64,000 nt of DNA from Candidatus Latescibacterota bacterium (GTDB lineage: Bacteria; Latescibacterota; UBA2968; GCA-2709665). The notes beneath the pieces were generated by a model that did not search any database, was not told the DNA's origin, and worked only from the letters and a program-made list of their open reading frames with translations. Of the stretch, positions 19,035 to 29,325 are shown in pieces. A program made the translations under genes and the position numbers. Location of the stretch: NCBI GenBank assembly GCA_963662665.2, contig CAXXJS010000010.1, positions 413,100-477,099 of the forward strand, in the 5' to 3' direction. Numbering within the stretch: position 1 is the first letter of the stretch; every line of letters begins with the position of its first letter.

Positions 19035-20426
19035 TCAGCCGGCCTTGCGGTCGGCCTGAAGGATTGCATACCGGTCCGGAAGGTTGATTTTGACCTGTTC
19101 TTCCAGTTCCTCGTCCGTAATTGCGCTCATTCGACCATGAACTTCGTACTGATCCATTACCCAGCGGGCGATCTTGTGTACTTTGATTTTGCTGAGCCGC
19201 GCGTTGCCTTTGAGCTCCAGGAACTCATTGACCCATAGGGCGACCCCGTCGACACCGGTCTTGTCCGTTATCGCCACGCGGGGCGGTCGACCGAACAGTA
19301 CGGTGGTGTCGAAGATGTTGTAGATGCGTTCATCGGAACGCAGCCCCCCCGCGTGGATGCCGGCCCTTGTCGTGTTGAAGTCCCTGCCCACAAACGGGTA
19401 GTTTGGTGCGATGTCGACGCCAATGGAGCGCATGTAGTCGGCCATTTCCTGGATCATCATGGTGTCTATGCCGCAAAGACTTCCGCGCAGGCCGATATAT
19501 TCGAGTATCGCGCCCTCAAGGGGAGGGTTGCCGGTGCGTTCGCCGAATCCGAACAACGTGGTGTTGAGTGCATTGCAGCCGTAAAGCCAGGCGGTAGCCC
19601 CGTTGACGTGAACTTTGTGGAAGTCGTTGTGCCCATGCCATTCCAGGCAATCGTGCGGAACCCCGCCGTCGTTTGTCATCAGATAGACGAGTTTCGGAAT
19701 TGAACGCGGGAGGCTGGCCCCGGGATAGCTGATCCCGAATCCCATGGTGTCACACAGCCGGATCTTGGCGCGGAGTTCGGGGGGAACCTGCTCGGAACGG
19801 CGCATCAGTTCCTGTACAAATGGCAATACGTAGCCTTCGATGTCCGCTCGGGTGACGTCTTCCAGGTGGCACCTCGGCCGTATGCCGGATTCCCAGGCGG
19901 CTTCGACGACCTCCAGGTAGTCGTTGAATGCCTTCCTGCGGTCCTTTTTGAGTTTGTAAAAGATGTGATAGTCTGAACTGGGCGTGAGCATCCCGGTTTC
20001 CCGTACACCGGCTTCCCTGACAAGCCGGAAGTCTCCCTTGTCGGCCCGGATCCAGGAGGTGATTTCGGGAAAACGGTGTCCGAGCGCACGGCATTCTTCC
20101 AGGGTCCGCCGATCGTTTTTGGTGTAGAGAAAGAACTCGGTCTGGCGGATAATGCCGTTTGGCCCGCCCAGCCTGGCCATCATATCGTAGAGTCTGACCT
20201 GCTGTTCCACCGTATACGGCGGCCGGGCCTGCTGTCCGTCCCGAAAAGTGGTATCCGTAATGACGAGGTCGCGGGCGAGGGCTTCCTCCGGGTCGAATCT
20301 GACGAGCCGGTCGCCAAGTTCCTCATACAGGGGGCCGTCAAACAGGATTTTGGGAGGCAGGTTATAGTCGAACTGTTCGTCGAGGAGGTTTGGTTCGTCG
20401 ACGTCGATGAGGTCTCCTGTTTTCAT
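19035..20426 (-). CDS. Re-citrate synthase-like DRE-TIM acyltransferase
   Basis: TDTTFRDGQQARPPY, RQTEFFLY, SDYHIF, RCHLEDVTRAD, HGHNDF, GERTGN; start at ATG after CAGGAG. Confidence 0.82.
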   Translation of the reverse strand: MKTGDLIDVDEPNLLDEQFDYNLPPKILFDGPLYEELGDRLVRFDPEEALARDLVITDTTFRDGQQARPPYTVEQQVRLYDMMARLGGPNGIIRQTEFFLYTKNDRRTLEECRALGHRFPEITSWIRADKGDFRLVREAGVRETGMLTPSSDYHIFYKLKKDRRKAFNDYLEVVEAAWESGIRPRCHLEDVTRADIEGYVLPFVQELMRRSEQVPPELRAKIRLCDTMGFGISYPGASLPRSIPKLVYLMTNDGGVPHDCLEWHGHNDFHKVHVNGATAWLYGCNALNTTLFGFGERTGNPPLEGAILEYIGLRGSLCGIDTMMIQEMADYMRSIGVDIAPNYPFVGRDFNTTRAGIHAGGLRSDERIYNIFDTTVLFGRPPRVAITDKTGVDGVALWVNEFLELKGNARLSKIKVHKIARWVMDQYEVHGRMSAITDEELEEQVKINLPDRYAILQADRKAG

Positions 20427-20467
20427 GGTACACACTCCTGGCATAATCGGGTACAGGTGTTTCGGTA

Positions 20468-20713
20468 TCAATTGTTTACGTATTGTGCGATGAAGTCGAT
20501 GGCGCCGCCCACGGTTTGTACGGCCAGGGCTTCATCTTCGTCCATTTCTATTTCGAATTCCTCTTCAAAGCCGGCCATGAGTTCTACGGATTGTACGGAT
20601 TCAGCCCCCAGATCCGCAGTGAAGCTCTGATTCTCTGCGACCTCCGTCGCGTCGATTTCCAGAACCTGGGATATGACCCTGTAAACACCGGCCTTGATTT
20701 GTTCGCGATCCAT
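20468..20713 (-). CDS. Acyl carrier protein with atypical GAES motif
   Basis: 81 aa, acidic; DLGAESVQSVELMAGFEEEFEIE, QTVGGAIDFI. Confidence 0.85.
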   Translation of the reverse strand: MDREQIKAGVYRVISQVLEIDATEVAENQSFTADLGAESVQSVELMAGFEEEFEIEMDEDEALAVQTVGGAIDFIAQYVNN

Positions 20714-20789
20714 TTGACGCTCCGTGAAAATTCGGGAAGGTTGAAAGTATCCCCATCCTATTGTGCAGGGCAGCGGGTGGTCTTATGAT

Positions 20790-21548
20790 TCAGATTTGAG
20801 TGGATTTGAGTCCTGAGGCGGCGTCACGGTCCACAACGAACGTGCAATCAGGATGGCTCTGCAGCAGGCTGGCCGGACAGTCCGGCGTGGGCGGCCCTTC
20901 GAGAGCCTTCGCGATCGCTGCGGCCTTCTGAGAGCCGGTGGCCAGGAGGAGAATGCTTCGCGCCTCTCTAATTGTGCCAATTCCGGCCGAGAGGGCAAAT
21001 CGGGGGACGCTGGCGGCATCCTTGAAGAAACGGCCGTCACTGTTCGCCGCGATTGTGCTCGGAGCGAGGTTGACGAGGCGCGTGCGGCTGTCCACGGGGC
21101 TGCCGGGTTCATTGAACGCGATATGACCGTTGGTGCCAATACCCAGCAGCCAGAGGTCGATGCCGCCGGCGGCCAGGATTCTGGTTTCGAAGGCCCTGCA
21201 TTCGAACTCGGGATTGGCGGCTTTACCGTTCAGCACGTGGGAATTCCAGGGCCGAATGTCGATCTTTTGAAACAGGCGATCGTTCATGAAATAGCGATAG
21301 CTCTGGTCGTGGTCGCCGTCCAGGCCCCAGTATTCGTCCAGGTTGAACGAGGTAACCCTGGCGAATCCGAGACCCTCGTTACGATGTAGCTCCGCGAGCC
21401 TTGCATAGGTGTGTTCCGGTGTGGATCCCGTGGCCAATCCGATTACCGCATCGGGCCTGGCGCGGATCAGATCCGCGATAATTTCCGACGCTGCTGCCGC
21501 CACGTCGGCGCTGGTCTCGCATACGCTGAGCCTGATGCTGCCCGCCAT
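20790..21548 (-). CDS. nagB: Glucosamine-6-phosphate deaminase
   Basis: GLATGSTP, FNLDEY, GIGTNGHIAFNEPG, PASLLQSH. Confidence 0.93.
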   Translation of the reverse strand: MAGSIRLSVCETSADVAAAASEIIADLIRARPDAVIGLATGSTPEHTYARLAELHRNEGLGFARVTSFNLDEYWGLDGDHDQSYRYFMNDRLFQKIDIRPWNSHVLNGKAANPEFECRAFETRILAAGGIDLWLLGIGTNGHIAFNEPGSPVDSRTRLVNLAPSTIAANSDGRFFKDAASVPRFALSAGIGTIREARSILLLATGSQKAAAIAKALEGPPTPDCPASLLQSHPDCTFVVDRDAASGLKSTQI

Positions 21549-21655
21549 TGACTTCCTTTCTTTCGACGTCAACCTGAAATTCCTGAATGCCTCGCCGTGA
21601 GTTGTCTATACCGACCGCCGATACGTGCGTTGGCAGGCGATCCAAAAGGACAGCC

Positions 21656-21684
21656 AATATACCATAGTGACGGCTTCAAGTAAA
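21656..21684 (-). promoter_or_regulatory. Putative sigma70 promoter for the nagB run
   Basis: TTTACT-N17-TATATT with an extended TGn element. Confidence 0.5.
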
Positions 21685-21741
21685 GCGTTTTGCCCGGCGA
21701 CGGGCTATGGCTGAACGTGCGGGCAATTTGAGAGAAAGTGC

Positions 21742-21770
21742 TTGCCGTCGGGTTCCAGGCTGAATATCTT
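21742..21770 (+). promoter_or_regulatory. Putative sigma70 promoter for the DUF4954 gene
   Basis: TTGCCG-N17-TATCTT. Confidence 0.45.
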
Positions 21771-21855
21771 ACCCGTCCTCATGGTTGGATAATGAACGGT
21801 TTTTCAGTGAGATACGCGCCAATGAGTCGGACTGCGAAGGGAGGATAATTCTCAT

Positions 21856-23778
21856 ATGGCTGGCTATCGTGCGCTTACCCGTGCCGAGATTGCGGTGCTG
21901 GAAGGTAACGGATGCGCTGCCGCGGATTGGTCGAAGGTAGACGTGAAGCAACGGTTCAATCCGGAACGGGTGAAGCATGTCGTTTTCCACGGTCAGGTAA
22001 GGATGGGTGTTCTGGAGGGCACGGTGTCGTTCGCCGGTGTGGAATTGCCGGCGGAAATCTCGCACGCCACGCTGATAGACTGCGAACTGGGGGATAACGT
22101 GCGGGTGACGCGGGTGCGCAGTCATCTCGCGAATTACCGCGTTGGCTCCGGGGCGGTCGTAACGGACGTGGGGCAGATGTCTACGCGCGTCGGTTCCGTA
22201 TTCGGAAACGGCGTGGTTGTGGAGCCCGTTAACGAGGGAGGCGGCCGGGAGGTGCCGATGTTCGATGAGATGTCCAGCCAGTTTGCGTACCTGATGAGTA
22301 TGCACCGGTACCGGTCGGAGATGATTGTGCGCCTCCAGGCAATGGTGGACGCGTATGTCGCCGAAAAAACATCTGATGTAGGAATGGTTGGCGAACGAGC
22401 CGTCGTCGCGCATGTAAATGAGATATCGGACGTGAATATCGGCAGCTGCGCCGTGGTCTCCGGGGCGGCCATGCTGAAAAACGGAACCGTTCTGAGCGAG
22501 GCGGACGCGCAGACGCGGGTGGGAGCTTCGGTTGTGGCCGAGGATTTCATCATTTCAGAGGGCTCCACGGTGGAGAGCGGCGCTATACTTCACCGGTGCT
22601 TTATCGGACAGGGAGTCGAGGTCGGGAAGCAGTTTTCCGCCGAGAATTCGCTCTTTTTCGCCAATTCGGAGTGCTTTAACGGCGAAGCGTGCGCGGTATT
22701 CGGCGGCCCTTTTACAGTGACCCACCACAAGAGCACGCTGCTTATCGCGGGGCTGTTTTCGTTCTACAACGCCGGTAGCGGGACCAACCAGAGCAACCAT
22801 ATGTATAAGCTCGGTCCGGTACACCAGGGTGTGATGGAACGCGGCAGCAAGACGGGATCTTCTTCCTATTTGCTGTTACCGAGCGCGGTGGGGCCGTTTA
22901 CCGTTGTCATCGGCAAGCATATGACGAATTTGGATATTCGGGATCTGCCGTTTTCGTACGTCGTCGAGGAAAAGGGCGCGAGTTTCCTTACGCCTGCCAT
23001 GAACCTCCACACGGTCGGCACGGTTCGCGACGGCGAGAAGTGGCCGAACCGCGATCGGCGCACGGCTTCCATAAAGCGCGACCAGATCCGGTACGAAGTA
23101 TTCAGCCCCTACACGGTCGAGCGGATGATGAAGGGAGAGGCGCTGTTGAATGCGCTTTATTGCAAGACGCCGCAACAGGTGCAGCACGTGCGCCACAATG
23201 GGGTGAGGATCCGGCGCCTGGTCTTGCGCCATGGCATCAGGAATTACGCGTCGGCGATCGAAATGTACCTCATTGGCAAGATCGTTCATCGGGTGGCGGA
23301 GGGAAAGGCGCTGGGCAAGACTGAGGGCGAGGTTTACGATGAGCGGTGGGGGGACGTGGGCGGTCTATTGATTGCACGGGCACGGCTGGCTCAGATTGAA
23401 ACCGGTATTGTGTCCGGTAGCATCGATACGGTAGCGGCCGTCAATGCGGCATTCGAGTCGGCCAACGGGAAGTACGAAACGGATGAGTGGGCGTGGGTGC
23501 GGCGGGCGTTCCATGATCGGACCGGCACGGGCGTGGAGTCGCTGACGCAGGAGGACGTAGAGGAGTTGAGAGCAACCCACCGGAAATCGCGCGCTTCGTC
23601 GATGAATAAGGTGCTGGCGGATGCGGAAAAGGAGTTTGGCGCCGCCGCGGCGATCGGTTATGGCGCCGACGGTGGCGCCGACGAGGCTGAGGCCGATTTC
23701 AGGGCAGTGCGCGGCAATTTTTCGGGAAACTCGTTTGTGCGGCAAATGCGCGAACGTGGCGCGAAAGACGAGATCTAG
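21856..23778 (+). CDS. DUF4954 family protein (left-handed beta-helix-like)
   Basis: YRALTRAEIAVLEGNGC, NEGGGREV, GPFTVTHHKSTLLIAG, NAGSGTNQSNHMYKLGP. Confidence 0.85.
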   Translation: MAGYRALTRAEIAVLEGNGCAAADWSKVDVKQRFNPERVKHVVFHGQVRMGVLEGTVSFAGVELPAEISHATLIDCELGDNVRVTRVRSHLANYRVGSGAVVTDVGQMSTRVGSVFGNGVVVEPVNEGGGREVPMFDEMSSQFAYLMSMHRYRSEMIVRLQAMVDAYVAEKTSDVGMVGERAVVAHVNEISDVNIGSCAVVSGAAMLKNGTVLSEADAQTRVGASVVAEDFIISEGSTVESGAILHRCFIGQGVEVGKQFSAENSLFFANSECFNGEACAVFGGPFTVTHHKSTLLIAGLFSFYNAGSGTNQSNHMYKLGPVHQGVMERGSKTGSSSYLLLPSAVGPFTVVIGKHMTNLDIRDLPFSYVVEEKGASFLTPAMNLHTVGTVRDGEKWPNRDRRTASIKRDQIRYEVFSPYTVERMMKGEALLNALYCKTPQQVQHVRHNGVRIRRLVLRHGIRNYASAIEMYLIGKIVHRVAEGKALGKTEGEVYDERWGDVGGLLIARARLAQIETGIVSGSIDTVAAVNAAFESANGKYETDEWAWVRRAFHDRTGTGVESLTQEDVEELRATHRKSRASSMNKVLADAEKEFGAAAAIGYGADGGADEAEADFRAVRGNFSGNSFVRQMRERGAKDEI

Positions 23779-23860
23779 AAAAACGGAACCGTCTGCTGAG
23801 GTCTGTCCCTCTCGTTTGCCGGAAGCACGTCCGGAAATTCAAGCCGTCAACGAGTAAAGG

Positions 23861-24823
23861 TCAGCAGATCATGCCCTGTTTCGCGCGAATTCCATGCGCG
23901 GGAGGGCTGGCCCCGATCCAGCGTTCGTCCTGGGGTTCGGAGGCGAGTTGATAGCGGGAGTCCGAGGAAATGCGGATGCGGTCCGTGTGGTTGTCCGAAC
24001 TGGCGTGCAGCGTATGCATGGAGAAGACGAGCACGTCGCCCAATTTGTAGTCCGCCGTCAGCCAACGGCCGCCAAGGTCGTTTCGAGCCTGAATGGCGTC
24101 GGACGCATACGAACCGGTGGAATTCCAGTTTATCAGGGACTGTTCCTCGCCCGTGAGATCGCGTTTCCGCACCCTGGCGGTTTCAACGATCCGTCTGGCC
24201 CGATTTTCGTTTTCGCAGTATTTGTCAACATCGGTACGTGCATAGGTGTGCTGCAGGCGTTCGCTCCTGTGGGAGTTTTCCAGGATGATCAGGCCGCCCA
24301 TTTCAAATGGTACGTCGCCCAGCGGGGTCCAGGAGGTGTAGAGGTTGGGGGTGCCGCGGCCCATATAGACCACGTCGTAGTGGGGTTGGGTGGGCGACGC
24401 AATTCCTGGAGCTTTGACACGAAACCATGTGTAGTCGAAATGGGTGACGGGACCGCCCAGGAAGCTTTCGTAGAACCTGATCATGGGTCCATCGTAGAGA
24501 ATCTTCATCAGCGGCGGATTGTTGAGCGTGAAGTCGAACATGGTGCCGAGCCCGCCGCCCGGCTTGTATTTCCCTTCGATAAGCGGAAGCGTTTCGTCCA
24601 CGGATCCCAGCCCGGCGAGGCGCATCATCACTTCAAGGCGCGCCGCCAGCGCTTCGTCCGGGTCGAGTAGACCGGGCAGGTAGAGGTAGCCGTCATCGGC
24701 CATGCGGGCGTGGAGCGCGGCAACATCGTGGGAAATGTCGTCCGAACGTCGCAACTCGCCGGCGTCGTTAACGGATCCAACCAGCGGTTTTCCGCGAAAG
24801 GTCAGGTCGAGCAGGGCGCCCAT
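23861..24823 (-). CDS. Phytanoyl-CoA dioxygenase (PhyH) family Fe/2OG enzyme
   Basis: DGYLYL, HxD (PHYD), WTPLGD, distal His (TLHAS), RISSDSRY. Confidence 0.88.
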   Translation of the reverse strand: MGALLDLTFRGKPLVGSVNDAGELRRSDDISHDVAALHARMADDGYLYLPGLLDPDEALAARLEVMMRLAGLGSVDETLPLIEGKYKPGGGLGTMFDFTLNNPPLMKILYDGPMIRFYESFLGGPVTHFDYTWFRVKAPGIASPTQPHYDVVYMGRGTPNLYTSWTPLGDVPFEMGGLIILENSHRSERLQHTYARTDVDKYCENENRARRIVETARVRKRDLTGEEQSLINWNSTGSYASDAIQARNDLGGRWLTADYKLGDVLVFSMHTLHASSDNHTDRIRISSDSRYQLASEPQDERWIGASPPAHGIRAKQGMIC

Positions 24824-24966
24824 TCGAATCTCCTTGTTCCGGGTGTCCGTGACGGTAAGAAAACGAGGTCTATTCGCTTTCTTCGCCGGTTTGTAATATC
24901 CTACATTCGTCGCCGGCTGTCAATTTCATTGCGGTGAACCTGTTGAAGAGTCATGTCATTTCCGGA

Positions 24967-25920
24967 TTACGGAGGGTCCGAATCCGGTGCCTGGGACGTG
25001 GCAGTCGCAAGCTGTTCAAGCGCGGCCTGCAGGACGGATTCGACCGGGAGGGAAGAAAGGTGTCCGTCCGGGGCTTTCAGAATACGGGCGAGAGGATGGC
25101 GCGGCGCCCATGTCTCCGCTTCCGTGGGCCCGAACAGAGTGAGTGTAGCGGTGCCCACTGCCGCGCCTACGTGTCCCGGGCCGGAATCGTTGCCAATAAA
25201 GAGATCGGCCTGGCGCAGTAATCCGGCAAGGCTTCGAAGGTCCGGAGGAATCAGGCAGGGAAGGTGCAACCGCAGTTCAACCACGAAGTCCCGTTCCACG
25301 GGCCCGCAAAGAACTACAACGCCTGCGCCGCGGAGGCGGAGTCCCTGGGCGAGTTCAAGAAAGGAGGATAGCGGCCAGCATTTTCCCCGGCCGCCGCTTC
25401 CCGGGTGAATGGCCACCAGAGGGGACGGCAGACGGTGTTTTTCAAGGAGCTTGCCGGCGCTAACCAATTCACGCTCGTGCAAACGGACCCTTGGGATGGG
25501 GTCAGACGCTGGAATGCCCAACGTTCTGAGTGGCGCCAGTAGGTGTTCGATGACGTGGATGCCACGTGACGGACGTGGGTCGTATACGATTGCCCGTCCG
25601 TGGACAATCTCGGTGAGTCGGGCTTGAAGGCTGCAATCCGGGTCGACGGCGTAGGCCAGAAGCAGCTCGACATTGGAGAAGAGAGCGCGGGTGCGATCGG
25701 GAACCGCACCACCGGGATTGTATAAGCCGGCAACGTCGGCGCCGTTGATGTCGACGAGATCGTTGACGGGTGCGAGACGCAGAATCGAAGGGTTGCCGAT
25801 CAGCCGCAGGTTCGAGCGCGGGTACGCCATGCGCAGGGCATCCACCGCGGGAAGCGTAAGTACGAAATCTCCAATGGCGCCGCTACGGACAAGCGTGATG
25901 TGTTCCGGATTAACGGACAT
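24967..25920 (-). CDS. Glycosyltransferase family 9 (heptosyltransferase-like)
   Basis: GAIGDFV, HPGSG, KCWP, GNDSGPGH, LFGPT. Confidence 0.88.
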   Translation of the reverse strand: MSVNPEHITLVRSGAIGDFVLTLPAVDALRMAYPRSNLRLIGNPSILRLAPVNDLVDINGADVAGLYNPGGAVPDRTRALFSNVELLLAYAVDPDCSLQARLTEIVHGRAIVYDPRPSRGIHVIEHLLAPLRTLGIPASDPIPRVRLHERELVSAGKLLEKHRLPSPLVAIHPGSGGRGKCWPLSSFLELAQGLRLRGAGVVVLCGPVERDFVVELRLHLPCLIPPDLRSLAGLLRQADLFIGNDSGPGHVGAAVGTATLTLFGPTEAETWAPRHPLARILKAPDGHLSSLPVESVLQAALEQLATATSQAPDSDPP

Positions 25921-26063
25921 GCAAGAGACCGTGTTGTGGTTTTTCCGAAATCGTCTACCACGATGGGAAACAGCGCGCCCGTGAGGCTGCCGCTTTGGGA
26001 TTGATCGCTATCGCTGTACCCCGGAAGATACAGGCGGGCCGGTAATGACGTGCGGGGCCGGCC

Positions 26064-26792
26064 TCAGGGTGAATCGGATGCCAGGGGCGGATGAGGCCAG
26101 GGGGGCAGCGGCTCGTCCCAGCCTAACCGGATGAACGTCGACCTGAGATCTTGCGACAGATCCGCAATAACGGCTATCCCTTCTCTGGAAAATGGATGCA
26201 TGAATTCCAGCCGGACGGCCACCAGCGCCAGGCGGTGTACACCGAATCTGGCGCGAAAGAATCGGTTCTGCGCGCCATCGCCGTACCTTGTATCACCCAG
26301 AACGGGATGGGAGACGTGGGCCATGTGTTTCCGGATCTGGTGCATGCGGCCGGTTTGAGGAACGGCTCGTACCAGCGAGAACCGCGCCGTGGCATGTTTG
26401 CCCACGGATTCCTGAAGTTCGACGGTGCGCACGCGGGCGAAGTCGGTAACCGCGTCGACCGCTGCCTTCTTCTTTTCTTCGCGCAGGGGGTGATCGATCC
26501 GGCCGGCTTCAGGCGGGAACCCGCGAACCACGGCCAGGTATTCCTTCCGGATGCTGCGATTCTCGAAGAGGTTGCACATTTTCCTGGCGGCCTCGGAACT
26601 CAGTGCAAAGAGCAGCACACCGGATGTGGCTCGGTCCAGTCTGTGAATGGTGAAGACGGAACGACCGAGTTGCCGCCCCAACCTGGTCATGCAGTCGGGT
26701 TCCCGCGGACCAAGGCGAGTGGGGTGAACAAAGATGCCGCTCGGTTTGTCTATGGCAACGTAATGGTCGTCCTGGTAGAGGATCTTCAACAT
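26064..26792 (-). CDS. truC: tRNA pseudouridine synthase, RluA/TruC family
   Basis: KPSGIFVH, HRLDRATSG, TGRMHQIR, HPVLGD. Confidence 0.75.
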   Translation of the reverse strand: MLKILYQDDHYVAIDKPSGIFVHPTRLGPREPDCMTRLGRQLGRSVFTIHRLDRATSGVLLFALSSEAARKMCNLFENRSIRKEYLAVVRGFPPEAGRIDHPLREEKKKAAVDAVTDFARVRTVELQESVGKHATARFSLVRAVPQTGRMHQIRKHMAHVSHPVLGDTRYGDGAQNRFFRARFGVHRLALVAVRLEFMHPFSREGIAVIADLSQDLRSTFIRLGWDEPLPPWPHPPLASDSP

Positions 26793-26994
26793 GATGATCT
26801 ATTGATCCAAAGCGTCGATGTCAGTCGCACGCCGCGGCACACGTGGCGCCTCGTACACTCCGTCACGAACACGGCATTGCGGGGCGACCGGAGGCTCTCG
26901 GGCCGGCGGTTTCCGGTATCGTCCGTAAACGCCCCGAAACGGTCGACGGCTACGGGCTGAACGCAAACTGAATCGTTCACATCGTCAATTTCCA

Positions 26995-27023
26995 TTGCTC
27001 GTCCGGCAGACTGGATATATATT
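26995..27023 (+). promoter_or_regulatory. Putative sigma70 promoter for prs
   Basis: TTGCTC-N17-TATATT. Confidence 0.45.
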
Positions 27024-27090
27024 CCATCGGTTCTTCCCCAAGGCAACGCTTCAACCCCACGATTCGAACTCCCCGAAGGAGGCTGATAAT

Positions 27091-28059
27091 TTGGGTTACG
27101 ACTTTCAAGTCTTCACCGGCAACATCAATCGACCCCTGGTCGAGGAGATCTGTCACGACCTCGACATCGGCCTGGGAAAGGCTGAAGTCACCAGTTTTCC
27201 GGGAGGCGAAACCGGCGTTCAGATCCACGAGAACGTGCGTGGCAACGACGTCTACATCGTTCAGCCCATTTGCGGCAACGGGATATTCACGCCCAACGAC
27301 GCACTGATGGAAATCCTTATCCTGATCGACGCGGCGCGTCGCGCCTCTGCCCGGCGAATTACCGCCGTATTGCCCTATTACGGCTATGCGCGGCAGGACC
27401 GCAAAGACAGGCCGCGGGTGCCAATCACCGCCAAACTGATCGGGAACCTTATCGTTACCGCCGGCGCCAGGCGCGTCCTCTCGCTGGATCTGCATTCAAA
27501 CCAGATCCAGGGATTCTTCGACATCCCCATGGATCACCTCTATTCCATCAATGTCTTTGGAAACTACCTGGTGGAAAAAGGCATGGAAAACCTGGTCACG
27601 GTCACGCCTGACGTGGGCAACATCAAGATGACCCGGGCCTATTCCGAACTGCTGGACGCTCCCCTGGCCATTGTAGACAAACGACGTTCGAGCGGCACGC
27701 AAACGGAAGTTCTGAACATCATCGGCGACGTGGAGGGAAAGAACGTCGTGATCATAGACGATCTTATTTCTACCGGCGGGTCGCTCGTCGAGGCCGCTAC
27801 GGCTTTGAGAGAACACGGCGCCCTGGACATCAGCGCCGTGATCGTGCATCCGGTGTTGGCGGGGCCGGCGATCGAGCGTGTGGAGAATTCCGTTCTCACC
27901 GAACTGGTGGTGTCAAACTCCATTCCCGTGCCGGAAAGGGTTCGAAACGGAAAAATAAAGGTGCTATCCGTGGCTTCTATTCTGGCCGAAGCCATCCGCC
28001 GTATACATAACGACGAATCTGTCAGCACCCTGTTCGGAAACGTCCACGTCGAAGGATAG
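27091..28059 (+). CDS. prs: Ribose-phosphate pyrophosphokinase
   Basis: PYYGYARQDRK, DLHSNQIQGFF, IIDDLISTGGS; TTG start after AAGGAGG. Confidence 0.93.
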   Translation: MGYDFQVFTGNINRPLVEEICHDLDIGLGKAEVTSFPGGETGVQIHENVRGNDVYIVQPICGNGIFTPNDALMEILILIDAARRASARRITAVLPYYGYARQDRKDRPRVPITAKLIGNLIVTAGARRVLSLDLHSNQIQGFFDIPMDHLYSINVFGNYLVEKGMENLVTVTPDVGNIKMTRAYSELLDAPLAIVDKRRSSGTQTEVLNIIGDVEGKNVVIIDDLISTGGSLVEAATALREHGALDISAVIVHPVLAGPAIERVENSVLTELVVSNSIPVPERVRNGKIKVLSVASILAEAIRRIHNDESVSTLFGNVHVEG

Positions 28060-28155
28060 GGTCCCGGGTCGCAATCAGGCGGCATATGCGGGGGCATCGC
28101 CCGTATTGGCAATAAAAGTCGGATGAGATACGGTGGGGAAGTACAACGGCGCGCG

Positions 28156-29277
28156 CTACGTCACGGCAGTTGCAACCGCGTTACATACCCGCGGACGTAC
28201 AGTCGCAGCGCCGTGCGGATCGTTTGTTAACAGCACACACGTCGTTTCCGTTCTGGGATCCACCCATGCCACCGTGCCCGTCGCCCCCTCGTGTCCGAAG
28301 GTGGCGTCCGATGTCAGATCGCCGAAGACCGAACTCACCCGGTCGCGCAGGCGCCATCCCAACCCCCATCGCTGTCTGACTCTGTCGGCCCGTGTCAGGT
28401 CCGGCATCGCCGACGTCTGATCCATCGTCATTGCGCCAACCGTTGCAGGGTTCAGAATGCGGTTTCCGTTCAACGCACCGTCGTACAGAAAGGCCTGACA
28501 GAGCGCCGTCAGCTCGGTCGCGGTCGTCAACAGCCCTCCCCAGGGTGCGCCGAATCCTCTCCAGTAGTCCGAATTCCAATTCCACGATACAGCGTCCTCG
28601 CCGCCATACTCACCGCTGTGGATCTTCACGTCGGATTCCCGCGCGTTCCGTTTCCGAGTCCCCAGCGAGGTATCCGCGAGGCCCAGCGGTTCGAAAAACT
28701 CCCGTCTCAGGAACGCCCGAATCGGCGTCGCCTCAACACGCTGAACAATCTCGCCGAGCATTGCGATTCCACAGCTCTGGTAAGATATCCGCGTACCGGG
28801 TTCAAATAGCAACTTCACCTTGCAGATTTGCCGTATAAAAACGTCAAGCGGCGCGTGTTCGGCCCGCAATGCCAGGTTTTCCGGCAGCATGTCCGGCAGT
28901 CCCGAAGTGTGGGTGAGGAGATGTCGCACCTGCACGCCTTCCTTGCCGGCCCGACCGAACTCCGGTACAAGCTCCGCTACCAGGTCGTCCAGGCAGACCT
29001 CGCCGCGTTCCACGAGCCGCATGACCGCCGCGGCCACGATCGGCTTGGTAATGGATGCAATCAGAAAAACCGTATCCGGTTCAACCGGCGGGCCATCGGG
29101 GTCCAGTTTGCGGCGCCCGAAGCACGCAGGTAAAAGGGCGACTCCGCCCCGGGATACCTGCAGCGCCGCGCCCATCAGCTCTCCGCGCACCACCGCTTCG
29201 TCCAGGATCCCGTAAGCCGTCCGGACGGCTTCCCCGGACAACCCGATCTCTTCAGGACTTTCTGTCTGTCGGATCAT
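28156..29277 (-). CDS. Serine hydrolase, class C beta-lactamase/esterase family
   Basis: SxxK (SITK), LLTHTSG, YQS, FGHEGATG. Confidence 0.87.
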   Translation of the reverse strand: MIRQTESPEEIGLSGEAVRTAYGILDEAVVRGELMGAALQVSRGGVALLPACFGRRKLDPDGPPVEPDTVFLIASITKPIVAAAVMRLVERGEVCLDDLVAELVPEFGRAGKEGVQVRHLLTHTSGLPDMLPENLALRAEHAPLDVFIRQICKVKLLFEPGTRISYQSCGIAMLGEIVQRVEATPIRAFLRREFFEPLGLADTSLGTRKRNARESDVKIHSGEYGGEDAVSWNWNSDYWRGFGAPWGGLLTTATELTALCQAFLYDGALNGNRILNPATVGAMTMDQTSAMPDLTRADRVRQRWGLGWRLRDRVSSVFGDLTSDATFGHEGATGTVAWVDPRTETTCVLLTNDPHGAATVRPRVCNAVATAVT

Positions 29278-29325
29278 TACGCCTCCCGTTGGTATCCATC
29301 GTTTGGTCGCAATACATTCAAGGAC

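Noticed and set aside
26793-27090. Possible tRNA upstream of prs
   Set aside because: No cloverleaf could be built; only promoter-like elements were found.
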